Position numbers and translations under genes: made by a program
Shown here: positions 1-9,390 of the stretch, in pieces
How positions within the stretch are numbered: position 1 is the stretch's first letter
Layout of the letters: each line of letters opens with the position of its first letter
Assembly: GCA_963798085.1 (NCBI GenBank)
Contig: CAWCRS010000003.1
Span: 896,001 to 960,000, forward strand
Length of the DNA stretch: 64,000 nt
Origin: an uncultured Gemmatimonadales bacterium
GTDB lineage: Bacteria; Gemmatimonadota; Gemmatimonadetes; Longimicrobiales; RSA9
Direction of reading: 5' to 3'
Notes under the pieces: model-generated
Databases searched by the model: none
Told to the model about the DNA's origin: nothing
Seen by the model: the letters and a program-made list of their open reading frames with translations, nothing else

Positions 1-124
1 GGTAAAGGGCGTATTGCCAACGCGTTACCGAATACTTAACACGGTGTTGAAAGATGGCGTCGAACCGGCTTTTCAACCGGAATCGTGAGGTGCGCCGAAG
101 CCCGCACCGGGCGCGTTCGCGGAT

Positions 125-169
125 GGAAAGAAACCGGGCCGGGATCGCATCGCTGCCGATCCCGGCCCG
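125..169 (-). terminator. Intrinsic terminator of the parA-parB-M23-bactofilin operon
   Basis: 13-bp perfect stem CGGGCCGGGATCG/CGATCCCGGCCCG (135-169), followed on the minus strand by GTTTCTTT, just past the bactofilin stop. Confidence 0.7.
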
Positions 170-185
170 CATGATGGCGTGCGCG

Positions 186-665
186 TCAGTTGCGCGCTAC
201 CTGAACTGCGGGTGTCGACGACAATGAACCGGAAGTCGACGACAATGAACCGGAAGTCGACGGCGTGCTGGTCTGGAGCTTCGGCGCCGACGTCGGCATG
301 CTCGCCTTGATCTCGCCGACGTATACAGAGCCGTTCACCTGACCGCCCTCGTCCAGCTTGATGCGGCGGGCGCGGATCTCGCCCTCGACCGAGCAGGTGG
401 CCTGCAGCTCGAGGCGACTCTCCGCGATCACCTTGCCATTGACGCGGCCTCCGACGATCGCATCCTGGGTGATCAGGTCCCCTTCCACGGACCCGTCCTT
501 CCCCACGACGACCGCCTTCCCCGCCCGCACCGTGCCTTCGACCTTCCCTTCGATCCGCAACGTACCGTCGGTCTCGCAGTCGCCTACTACGCGCATGCCG
601 GGGCCGATGATCGAGATTACGCTCTCCCGTGGCTGCGGTGTGATGATGTCGTCGGTCTTGGCCAT
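186..665 (-). CDS. Bactofilin (polymer-forming cytoskeletal protein)
   Basis: SIIGPGMRVVGDCETDGTLRIEGKVEGTV...GRVNGKVIAESRLEL beta-helix repeats; Ser/Thr-rich tail. Confidence 0.9.
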   Translation of the reverse strand: MAKTDDIITPQPRESVISIIGPGMRVVGDCETDGTLRIEGKVEGTVRAGKAVVVGKDGSVEGDLITQDAIVGGRVNGKVIAESRLELQATCSVEGEIRARRIKLDEGGQVNGSVYVGEIKASMPTSAPKLQTSTPSTSGSLSSTSGSLSSTPAVQVARN

Positions 666-712
666 GGTCTCGTTCCTCTCCGGAGTTCCTCGGTTGATGA
701 TCGCCATTGCGC

Positions 713-1462
713 TCACGGTTGGTGGATGAACTGCAGAGGATCGACCCCTCGGCCGTCCTTGCGAATCTCGAAATGTAGGTTTGGTGCCGACGAGCGGCCG
801 GTCGATCCGGCCAGGGCTACGAGCTGCCCGCGTCCCACGCGGTCGCCTTCGCGCACCAGCACGCGAGAGGCGTGCCCGTAAAGCGATTCCATGCCTCCAC
901 TGTGATCGATGACCAGATAGTTACCATACACGTCATCGCGGCGCACCTCCTTGACCACACCCGCCGCCATCGCACGAACTTGCGTCTCGGCTGGCACCGC
1001 AATGTCGATGCCCGGATCACTGCCTTTGCCCGCCGCATTCACGTCGCTCCGCGCCACGAAGCCCGGCACGGGCAGCGGCCACGCGAACGCCGGCGGATCC
1101 CCGTCAGCATTGTTGGCGTTGCGCAGTGGCGGGAGCACGAGACCGCTGTCGAGCACGGTGCCACCTGTCCCCAGCATCTGGCGCACGCGCTCGTACTGAG
1201 CCTCGACATCTGCCAGCGTTTGGGCAAGCTCGACGACGCGAGTCCGCTCCCCTTCCAGCTCTTCCAGTTCCCGCACCAGCGCCGGGACCCGACTGGCTTG
1301 TGCCGCGACGGGAAACCAGGACGCGATCACGACGCCGACGAACAGCACGACCACCGCACTCACACCGAGGGCGAGCTTGAGCTTGCCGTACGGTATTTCA
1401 TACGTGCGGGTCTCCAGATCTCCGTGTGGAACAACAATGAGCGTGAGCCGGCGATCATCCAT
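713..1462 (-). CDS. M23/LytM family protein with N-terminal TM and coiled coil (degenerate active site)
   Basis: WPLP, GIDIA, YGNYLVIDH, YGHAS, GSTGRSS..LHFEIR motifs; ATG at 1462. Confidence 0.85.
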   Translation of the reverse strand: MDDRRLTLIVVPHGDLETRTYEIPYGKLKLALGVSAVVVLFVGVVIASWFPVAAQASRVPALVRELEELEGERTRVVELAQTLADVEAQYERVRQMLGTGGTVLDSGLVLPPLRNANNADGDPPAFAWPLPVPGFVARSDVNAAGKGSDPGIDIAVPAETQVRAMAAGVVKEVRRDDVYGNYLVIDHSGGMESLYGHASRVLVREGDRVGRGQLVALAGSTGRSSAPNLHFEIRKDGRGVDPLQFIHQP

Positions 1463-1496
1463 GCTGCTTCCTCTGGCGGCCAGGTGGGGTGTGGCT

Positions 1497-2396
1497 TCAG
1501 GAGACCACGTCGACCGCGGACTTCCCGGCAACGAGTTCGAAGACCCGCTCAAAATCTTCGGCACCGTAGAATGGGATCTCAATGCAGCCACCCGGTCCAC
1601 GGCCCCTGCGGATGCGCACGGGTGTCCCTAACACGCGTTGCAACTCGTCCTCGAGCATCCGCTCCGTCGGATCTCGCACCTTCTTTTCCTTGCGCGGCTT
1701 GCGCTGCGGTGAGCGCTGCTTCTGGACGTGTGCCTCCAGCTCGCGCACACTCCAGCCCTCGTCCGCTGCCGACAGCGCCACTTCGGCCATGCGTCGTTCA
1801 TCGGCCAGGCTGAGCAGCGCCCGCGCGTGTCCGGCCGTCAGCCGTCCGTCCGCCAGCAGCTGCCGCACGGATGCTGGCAAACTCAATAGTCGCAACGAAT
1901 TAGCTACAGTGGACCGATCTTTCCCCACGAGCTCGGCAATCTGTTGCTGGGATAGCGAGAACTCGTCCCCCAGCCGGCGATAGCCCTCGGCCTCTTCGAG
2001 CGGCGCGAGCTCAGACCGCTGGAGGTTCTCAACCATGGCCAGAACCAGCAGCGTGCGGTCGTCGACGTCCCGGACAATCGCCGGTATCTCCTTCCATCCC
2101 AACCGCATAGCGGATCGCCAGCGGCGCTCTCCTGCCACCAGCTCGTACTGCACCACACCCTGCCCTGGCTTCGACCGCACCACAATGGGCTGGAGCAGCC
2201 CGTTCTCGCGTATCAATGCGGTGAGATCGGCCAGTTCCTGCTCGGAGAACTCGCGTCTTGGCTGATAGGGGTTAGGGGCGATAGCGGACACGGGGATCAT
2301 TCGCGCCTGGATCGTCGACGGCGCGCCGCTCTCCCCGAGATACTCGCCGAGGAGAGCTCCGAGGCCGCGGCCGAGGCGGTCCCGTTTCGTGCTCAT
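1497..2396 (-). CDS. parB: Chromosome partitioning protein ParB
   Basis: RLGRGLGALL N-terminal peptide, NPYQPRR, GERRWR CTPase motif, ENLQR, HTH. Confidence 0.97.
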   Translation of the reverse strand: MSTKRDRLGRGLGALLGEYLGESGAPSTIQARMIPVSAIAPNPYQPRREFSEQELADLTALIRENGLLQPIVVRSKPGQGVVQYELVAGERRWRSAMRLGWKEIPAIVRDVDDRTLLVLAMVENLQRSELAPLEEAEGYRRLGDEFSLSQQQIAELVGKDRSTVANSLRLLSLPASVRQLLADGRLTAGHARALLSLADERRMAEVALSAADEGWSVRELEAHVQKQRSPQRKPRKEKKVRDPTERMLEDELQRVLGTPVRIRRGRGPGGCIEIPFYGAEDFERVFELVAGKSAVDVVS

Positions 2397-3208
2397 CGCG
2401 CGGCCTGCCCTTCGGTCCTGCGGGCCGGCTTCTCTGCTTGCTCTTTCTCTCGATCAATGATCTCGCGCGCGAGGGCGAGGTAGGCCTGGGCACCCGCGGA
2501 GACAACGTCGTAGAGCAGGATGGGCTTGCCGAAGCTGGGCGCTTCCGCCAGGCGAACATTGCGGGGAATGACGCTGCGAAAAACGCTGCTGCCGAAATAC
2601 TCCTTGGCCTCTTCCGAGACCTGGCGCGAGAGGTTGAGGCGCTGGTCGAACATGGTCAGCAGGACGCCCTCGATCTGCAGCGTCGGATTGAGGTTCTGCT
2701 GGACCAGGCGGACCGTGTTGAGCAACTGGGAAAGTCCTTCCAGCGCATAGAATTCGCACTGGATGGGAATGAGCACTGCATCGGCGGCAGTGAGTGTGTT
2801 CAGCGTCAGCAGCCCGAGAGACGGCGGGCAGTCGACGAGGACGTACTCGTACCGGCCGCGCGTCTCGGCGAGGGCGCGCCGAAGCACCTGTTCGCGTTGC
2901 GGCTGGTTGACGAGTTCGACCTCGGCACCGACCAGGTCCTGATTGGCGGGCGCCACGTCCAGGTACGGGAAGTGCACGCCGTGCTTGATGATACGCTCGA
3001 TGGGCACGCCATCGACCAGGGCGTCGTAAATGGACAGCTCGATGGAGCCGCGGGTAATGCCGAGCCCGCTTGTGGCATTGGCCTGCGGGTCCATATCGAC
3101 CACCAGCACCTTGCGCTCGGCGACGGCGAGCGCCGCGCCGAGGTTGATGGCGGTAGTGGTCTTTCCCACGCCGCCCTTCTGGTTGGCAATGGCGATGACG
3201 CGGGGCAT
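2393..3208 (-). CDS. parA: Chromosome partitioning ATPase ParA/Soj
   Basis: NQKGGVGKTTT deviant Walker A, DPQANAT, DCPPSLG, PRNVRLAEAPSFG. Confidence 0.97.
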   Translation of the reverse strand: MPRVIAIANQKGGVGKTTTAINLGAALAVAERKVLVVDMDPQANATSGLGITRGSIELSIYDALVDGVPIERIIKHGVHFPYLDVAPANQDLVGAEVELVNQPQREQVLRRALAETRGRYEYVLVDCPPSLGLLTLNTLTAADAVLIPIQCEFYALEGLSQLLNTVRLVQQNLNPTLQIEGVLLTMFDQRLNLSRQVSEEAKEYFGSSVFRSVIPRNVRLAEAPSFGKPILLYDVVSAGAQAYLALAREIIDREKEQAEKPARRTEGQAAR

Positions 3209-3280
3209 CCAGCTCCTGGCAGCCAGCGGTTGCATGTGAAGGGGGTCGCAATATATCCGGCATGCTCGTGCCCGGAAAGC

Positions 3281-3296
3281 TGTTTCACGTGAAACG
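3281..3296. promoter_or_regulatory. parS centromere site
   Basis: TGTTTCACGTGAAACG, 15/16 match to the TGTTTCACGTGAAACA palindrome, upstream of parA. Confidence 0.9.
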
Positions 3297-5029
3297 CAGG
3301 TTCGTACCGCTTCGCGTTGGTCCAGAGCTCACGCGAAGGGCGGCAACCCTGCGGCGGAGCCCGGTTGACCCCAACCTGCTCTGACCAATGGCTCCGTCTT
3401 GGACACCTTTGCGGTTTCGAGGGATGCACACACGCACCCGCGAAGCGGCGAATGGCCGAGCGCGTCGCCGCAACGCGGTCGACCGGCCCGTGGCGAGCCG
3501 ATTTCCCTCGAGGCAGTGCGTCTCAGGGGAGTCTGGGCATACCAGACCCAAGCTGCCGCCAGCTGTCAGCTGCTGCGGTCCGGGTTCACGAGACGGGATG
3601 GCGGGCTGATAACTCGCAGAGGCACGACCTGATAAGTCGCAGAAGCACGCCCGGCACCACGCGCCTCGTGCTCCAAGGCGCGGAACGCCTCCCGGCTGCA
3701 GCCTGCCTGCGATTCGCGGCCGCCACCCTGGGTTGCGGGTGGATCGTTGGCGACGTCGTGTCCGACCCATCCGGCCCGAACCATTGGCTCTCCCTTCGGA
3801 CGCCTGCGTCGTTCCATTTCGGCTTCCTGGATTGGCAGAGGCGAGCTTGGAGAGGGCTGATGGCGAAGGGAGCACCTCGATAGCGACGGCGTGGTCAGAC
3901 CGCCGGAGCTCGTGCCCAGGCCAATGTCCCCGTCACGCGCGCGCCCAGGAATGGCTGACGCAGCTCAATGGCACCGTTCGAGATGCCGGCTGGTCCTGCT
4001 GCCGGAGCCGGCGTGCGCTGGCACCTGAGCATTTCGCAGAGGCTTCCCCGAGCGCTGTGGTCGGTCGGGAGCGCCGGAAACGGCATTGCGCTAACTCATT
4101 GACACGCATTGCAATGGCCTCTCCGCCCAGTCGCGTGCAATCCTGAGACCTTGTGAGTCAGGGCTGGCTGTGGAACAGGCACCGTTTATCTGGGCGTACC
4201 TTGCCTCACTGATTCATCACGCAGGAGGAGAATCGCCCGCCTCCGACTTCAAGGCCTCCACTTTCTATGACCGCGGACAATGTCGTCCAGTCTGCGGCAC
4301 GGCCTCTTGCTGATGGGCACCTGTGCGCTTGCGCGGTGACGGAGGTGCGCAACGATCCCGGAGCGCGCGCAGGGGTGACGGGACTTGCGACCGCCTGCTG
4401 GGCTGCGAAGACCGGAGCGGCGCCGCCGGGGGGATCACCACCGAAGACGGCCACATGAAACGGGCTGCATCCGCGGCGGCCTCATGGCTGTGGCTGCCCC
4501 CCCATCATTATCGACGACCGTACAGGGACGAGCGGGAGCGACGGGGAACCGCAGGGCCGGTGATCAGCTGGAGCGTTGCTGGATCGACGCCGGTGCTGGG
4601 CGCGTTCGCGGCCGTGGGTAACACGGAGTTGAGTGAGCCCAGCATCGAGGAGCGCGGCCGGGAACAGTCCGTTGGACAGAATTGGCGACCGCACCTGGGC
4701 CCGAAACGTCAGCAACCAAAGGAGTTCCCGCTGCTCCAGGGCGCTTTGCCGCCACAATCGCGGGCGATCCCGGGCTTCCCAGAATCGGCGTTTGCTTGCT
4801 CCGCGGCAGGCGCGACCGTTGGCATCCGGCCCGGCGCTGGGCACGCCCACGCACGCACTGCCTGCCGAGCGGAAGCGGGAACTGCACCCACGGGCGAAGG
4901 GCAGCTCTGGGCACGAGGACAGACAGCCGGGGTGCTGGCCTTCACGCCGGCCGGCAGGCAGACGGAACAGGCCACGCGCTCGGTGCCCGCCTGCGGCCGG
5001 TGAGCGAGCGCGCCCGGCTGAGGCGCGGA

Positions 5030-5045
5030 CGTTTCACGTGAAACA
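5030..5045. promoter_or_regulatory. parS centromere site
   Basis: CGTTTCACGTGAAACA, 15/16 match to consensus. Confidence 0.9.
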
Positions 5046-5810
5046 TCTCCCCTGGATCGATGGCAGCCGGTCCTCCCGTTCGCTGCCGCTGCCGCAGGTG
5101 CCCGGCTACAGCCGCCTTTGCAGTCCCGCTCAGCGCCCTTGCGTGCAGCCGAAGCCGGTGATGGGAGCACATCGCGCCGCCGCCGGTGACTCGAAGCGGC
5201 GCCGCCGGACGAGTCATAGGCAGATCCGCTGCGATTCGCTTAAGTGACTGTGATATATTGCGATACGCCATAAATGACAGCCGCAGGGGTTGCTCTCTGA
5301 CACCCATTCACGTGCTCGCCTGCGGGTGCAACCACGCAAGTGTCCGAGAGATCAGCGACCCCGACCGACGTCGATGCAACGCGCGTACTGGATCTGCCGC
5401 CCTGCCACTGAGCGCATTCGGTGGCTCGTCCAGGACTGACCGAGCGCGGGTAGGCCGGGTCCTCCGGTCAAGCCCACGGAGAAAAACGAGCGGCTACCGC
5501 GCGGGCTCGCGCCCGACAAGCAGAGCACATCGACTGCAGAATCCCGGAACCGCTCCGCTCCTCGAGCTGTGGGTACCCCGACGGCGACCGGACGGTCGGC
5601 ACGCAACGCCATACCGTACAACACGTTGCAGGTCGGCGATCAGAAGAGGTGCGGCCCGGCGAGCGCTGCGAGCAGGCACGCACTCGCCTCCTCGCGGCCG
5701 TGCCGAGGGCGTCCGCTCGCGCCGGTTGCGCATCCGCTCGAGTTCACGGAGTCTTCAGGAAGGTGCCCGGGTCGACCGGGGTCCGGAGCCACTGCATCGC
5801 AGGTAAGTCT

Positions 5811-6104
5811 ATGCAGCAGCACGACATGGAAGCCGTGCGGCGGAAATTCCTGGTGTTCGGCAGGGTGCAGGGTGTGGGCTTTCGGGCCTGGACGATCCGG
5901 CGGGCAACCGAGCTGCAGCTCCGAGGCACCGTACGAAACCGGCCGGATGGCGCGGTCGAGGTTGAGGCGCTGGGAAGTGGCCCGGCCGTGGCACGGCTGC
6001 GTGAACTGCTGGCGCGCGGTCCCGCATCTTCGCAGGTGCGTGATGTGCGCGAGCTGGCGGCGGGCGCCGACCCGCTGCCGGCGGGCTTCGATGTGGCGTG
6101 GTGA
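5811..6104 (+). CDS. acyP: Acylphosphatase
   Basis: GRVQGVGFR and GTVRNRPDGAVE signature motifs. Confidence 0.92.
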   Translation: MQQHDMEAVRRKFLVFGRVQGVGFRAWTIRRATELQLRGTVRNRPDGAVEVEALGSGPAVARLRELLARGPASSQVRDVRELAAGADPLPAGFDVAW

Positions 6105-6476
6105 GGCAGGTATCTCCCGCACGCAGGAGCGCACGCGAGCGCGGCACGCACCTTCTAACACACAATTGCGAACCGAGGCAGCGCGAGCCTGCGCTCGTCG
6201 CACCGCAGCACCCAGCACCAACAGCGCGGGCGCGAGAAGCACTGTTCCCTTCCGCTTCATCGGCTCCCACATCAGCAGGTCACGTCGCTGGTGGCGACCA
6301 TGGCAGACGCGTTCGTTGCGCGGCGCTGTCATGAAGTGAGCGTGGTGGCTGATCGTTATCCGTTACGACCCCAACGCACGGCGCCGCGAGACCCGCAGCC
6401 GGACGGTTGGAAGGCCGCGCTTCGGTGAAGGCGCACTGAAGGCTGGAATTGCGACCGCTTCCGGACAGCCCGCAGA

Positions 6477-6653
6477 TTCCTAACACGACATTGGCAGACG
6501 CCAAAAAACACGTCCGGTCGTGGACCGCGCCCGACTGCTCGCGGTGCCGGCCGCCGTGCGCCGACAGCCGGCGTTGCCATCCGGATCGAGCGGTTTGACT
6601 TGGGCCGGAGCGCCGTTCGGGCGATTCGCGCGCCGCTAATGTGTAGTTAGGAA
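6477..6653. repeat. attC-like imperfect inverted repeat
   Basis: TTCCTAAC-ACGA-CATTGGC at the left end pairs with GCTAATG-TGTA-GTTAGGAA at the right end (R/L-box-like layout). Confidence 0.4.
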
Positions 6654-6676
6654 GCCCCGGCACCCCGTGCCGGGGC
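6654..6676 (-). terminator. GC hairpin downstream of yidC, possible terminator
   Basis: Perfect 10-bp stem GCCCCGGCAC-CCC-GTGCCGGGGC; weak U-tract. Confidence 0.4.
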
Positions 6677-6762
6677 GCGGCCCGCGGCGCGTGGGGCGCC
6701 GATTCGTGCGGGCTGCAGGATCGCTTCGTGGGGCCGGCGCCGGGGACGCGGCTCCGCCGGGG

Positions 6763-8430
6763 CTATGACTTGGGTTTCGGCGTTCCCATGCGCCGCTGGC
6801 GTTCCTTCATGATCTGCAGCTGCTGCGGCACCGACGCGATGTTCATGGACGCGTAATAGAGGTTGAGGCCGGAGGCGAAATTGAGGAACAGGAACGTCAG
6901 GAATGCCGGCATGAAGTAGGTCATGTACTTCATCTGCGCGGGAGCGTCCTTGGTCGTGCGCATGTTGAGCCACTGCTGCACGAACATGCTGAGGCCCAGC
7001 GCGACGGGCAGGATGTAGAACGGGTCTTTGCGCGCCAGGTCGGGCAGCCAGAGGAACGGTACGCCGCGGAATTCGATCGTGCTCTGGAATACGAAGAAGA
7101 GCGTGATCAGCACGGGCAGTGGCAGCAGCATGGGCAGGCAGCCGCCCGCCGGGTTGAAGCCCTCTTCCTTGTAGAGCTTGAGCATCTCCTGCTGCAGTCG
7201 CTGCGGGTCCTGCTTGTACCGGGTCTGGATGTCCTTGATGCGCGGCTGCAGTTCCATGTTCTTGAGCTGCGAGCGCATGGCCTTGGCGTTGAGCGGCCAG
7301 AGCACGAAGCGGATGAGGAAGCCGAACAGGATGAGCACCCAGCCATAGCTCAGGCCGAGCGCGCGATGCATCTGGAGCAGGGCCCAGGTGATGGCGTGGC
7401 CCAGCGGCCGCAGCACGGGCTGCAGGAAGCGCCAGCCGAAAACGCTCACGTCCTGCAGCTGGTTGTTGAGCGCCGCCATGCGGTCGAATTCCTGCGGCCC
7501 GACGTAAATGCGGTAGGCGAGCCGGCCGCTCTGGTCGGCGAGCAGTGTGGCGGTCAGGTGTGCGGTACCCGGGAGGCCGGTCGTGTCCGCAATCAGACCG
7601 CCGAACGGCATGGGTGACGAGTCCGCCTGCATCGCGGCAACCAGGAAGTACTTGTTCTTGAGCGCCCACCAGTTGAGCGGTCCGTTGTCGACGCGCGACG
7701 CGTGGAAGCGGGCCAGTGAAACGCTCTGGATTCCGGTCTGCGGGTTGTTGATGACGTACGCGGCAGCCCGCTGGTCCTCGGTGGGCACGGCTTCATTGGA
7801 GCGAAGCGCGGGGCCGGCATCGATCAGGAGCTGAGGCGTCGTCGTGGTTCCGACGACCTGGGCGGTGACATCCACGACATAGCTGTCGGGCCGGAACGTG
7901 TACGTCAGGACCATGCCCACGCCGGTGGCAGGATCCGACCAGGTGAGTCGCAGGGGTGTGGGCTGTTGTCCTTCGGCCAGGCGCAGGCCGGCGGCCGGCG
8001 AGACGGTGAACGTGGCGCCGCTGAGCTCCACGGTACGCTCGCCGATGCGCAGGCGGTGTCGAATGAGGCCCGGCCCGGCCGGCGGCTCGAGCTGGACCGG
8101 CTGTCCCTCCAGTCCGGGCGCGAACGACTCGTAGCGGAGCAGCTCTTCGGAGACCAGCGCGCCACCCAGCGTGGAAATGCCGAAGCGGTAGAGCGGTGAC
8201 TCGACGCGCACCGTGTCGGCGTGGGCGGTCGCCGGCGTCGGCGCTGGTGGAGTTACCGCTCCCAGTGCGGGCGCGGGGACCGCGGGCGGCTGCGCGGGAG
8301 TCGTCTGCGCAGCCGTATCGACATCGACCGTCGCCGGCGGCGGCCGGCGCACCGGTGGCAGCAGGATATTGGTGAGGATGACGACGGCGATCATCAGGAT
8401 CACCGCCAGCAGGAATCGTCCGCTCTCCAT
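6763..8430 (-). CDS. yidC: Membrane protein insertase YidC
   Basis: Periplasmic domain, YVGPQ, GGCLPMLL, FLWLPDL..DPFYILP, SGLNLYY; canonical gene position. Confidence 0.97.
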   Translation of the reverse strand: MESGRFLLAVILMIAVVILTNILLPPVRRPPPATVDVDTAAQTTPAQPPAVPAPALGAVTPPAPTPATAHADTVRVESPLYRFGISTLGGALVSEELLRYESFAPGLEGQPVQLEPPAGPGLIRHRLRIGERTVELSGATFTVSPAAGLRLAEGQQPTPLRLTWSDPATGVGMVLTYTFRPDSYVVDVTAQVVGTTTTPQLLIDAGPALRSNEAVPTEDQRAAAYVINNPQTGIQSVSLARFHASRVDNGPLNWWALKNKYFLVAAMQADSSPMPFGGLIADTTGLPGTAHLTATLLADQSGRLAYRIYVGPQEFDRMAALNNQLQDVSVFGWRFLQPVLRPLGHAITWALLQMHRALGLSYGWVLILFGFLIRFVLWPLNAKAMRSQLKNMELQPRIKDIQTRYKQDPQRLQQEMLKLYKEEGFNPAGGCLPMLLPLPVLITLFFVFQSTIEFRGVPFLWLPDLARKDPFYILPVALGLSMFVQQWLNMRTTKDAPAQMKYMTYFMPAFLTFLFLNFASGLNLYYASMNIASVPQQLQIMKERQRRMGTPKPKS

Positions 8431-8457
8431 TGAATCGTGCTCCCCAGGGACCGCGCT

Positions 8458-8670
8458 TCAGGGCACTGGATCGTAGCCGCTTCCGCCCCACGGGTGGCAC
8501 CGCAGGAGGCGACGCATTGCCAGCCAACCGCCGCGTGCGGCGCCATGCTTGCGCACGGCCTCTTCAGCATAGGCCGAACAGGTCGGCGTGTAGCGGCATG
8601 CGGGTCCGAGCCAGGGCGACACTCCCGATCGGTAACCGCGAATCATGATCAGGAGAAACCGCGCAGCCAT
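8458..8670 (-). CDS. yidD: Membrane protein insertion efficiency factor YidD
   Basis: [11 protein letters not shown] and [14 protein letters not shown] motifs. Confidence 0.95.
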   Translation of the reverse strand: MAARFLLIMIRGYRSGVSPWLGPACRYTPTCSAYAEEAVRKHGAARGGWLAMRRLLRCHPWGGSGYDPVP

Positions 8671-9041
8671 TGTTGTTCCAGCCAATCCACCAACTCCGTA
8701 CGCAACTCGGCGAACGTAGCTTCGTATGCCGTTCGCCGCGCTCGCACCAGCACGTCGCGTCGGGTGTCCCGGGATTGCATCCGGGGCAGGATCTCGACGC
8801 GGAGGATCTCCCGCAGGCGGCGTTTCACCCGGTTCCGATCCACCGCTGTGCGGCCATGGCGAGGTACGACTACCCCCGCCCGTGTAGAAGCGAAAGGGGA
8901 AGCGGAGTCGTAGACGTCCAGGTGGGCCGTCCGGCTCCTCTTCCCCCGTGTCATCAGTGCGCGGATCTCAGTACCGCGCGTCAACCGCCGCGAACGTGGA
9001 AGCCTTCGATCGTGCTCGCGGCCGTCCCCCGCCGCGATCAC
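8649..9041 (-). CDS. rnpA: Ribonuclease P protein component
   Basis: [13 protein letters not shown] (RNR motif); lies between rpmH and yidD; GTG start inferred. Confidence 0.92.
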   Translation of the reverse strand: MIAAGDGREHDRRLPRSRRLTRGTEIRALMTRGKRSRTAHLDVYDSASPFASTRAGVVVPRHGRTAVDRNRVKRRLREILRVEILPRMQSRDTRRDVLVRARRTAYEATFAELRTELVDWLEQQWLRGFS

Positions 9042-9049
9042 GGGGACCG

Positions 9050-9202
9050 TTACTTCGAACCCACGGACACGACGAGGTGCTTCCGGCCCTTCCGGCGCCG
9101 CCGGTTGAGCGTCTCGCGTCCGGCCTTTGTCGACATCCGTGCGCGGAACCCGTGCTTGTTCTTGCGCTTGCGGTTGCGCGGATTGAACGTCGGCTTGCCC
9201 AT
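9050..9202 (-). CDS. rpmH: 50S ribosomal protein L34
   Basis: Manual translation [50 protein letters not shown] (absent from the ORF track). Confidence 0.96.
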   Translation of the reverse strand: MGKPTFNPRNRKRKNKHGFRARMSTKAGRETLNRRRRKGRKHLVVSVGSK

Positions 9203-9322
9203 TCCTCAGCACTCCAGATCGAGATCGCGTCCAGCGGAGCTTGGAAGTATAAGTCTGCCGCGTCGGGTGGGTCAACGCCGCATGGAGGATTCCGGGCTGA
9301 GTCGAGGACTCCCGCGATTGAC

Positions 9323-9331
9323 TTATCCACA
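9323..9331 (+). promoter_or_regulatory. DnaA box upstream of dnaA
   Basis: Perfect TTATCCACA in the rpmH-dnaA intergenic region. Confidence 0.8.
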
Positions 9332-9390
9332 TCTGCGGCCTACCTTGGCGCGCCTCGAATTCGTGACCCGCCCTTCCGAAACGAAAGCCA

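Noticed and set aside
214..262. 21-bp tandem repeat in the bactofilin tail (and the 9-bp repeat near 21060)
   Set aside because: In-frame slippage in low-complexity coding segments; no sign of phase variation
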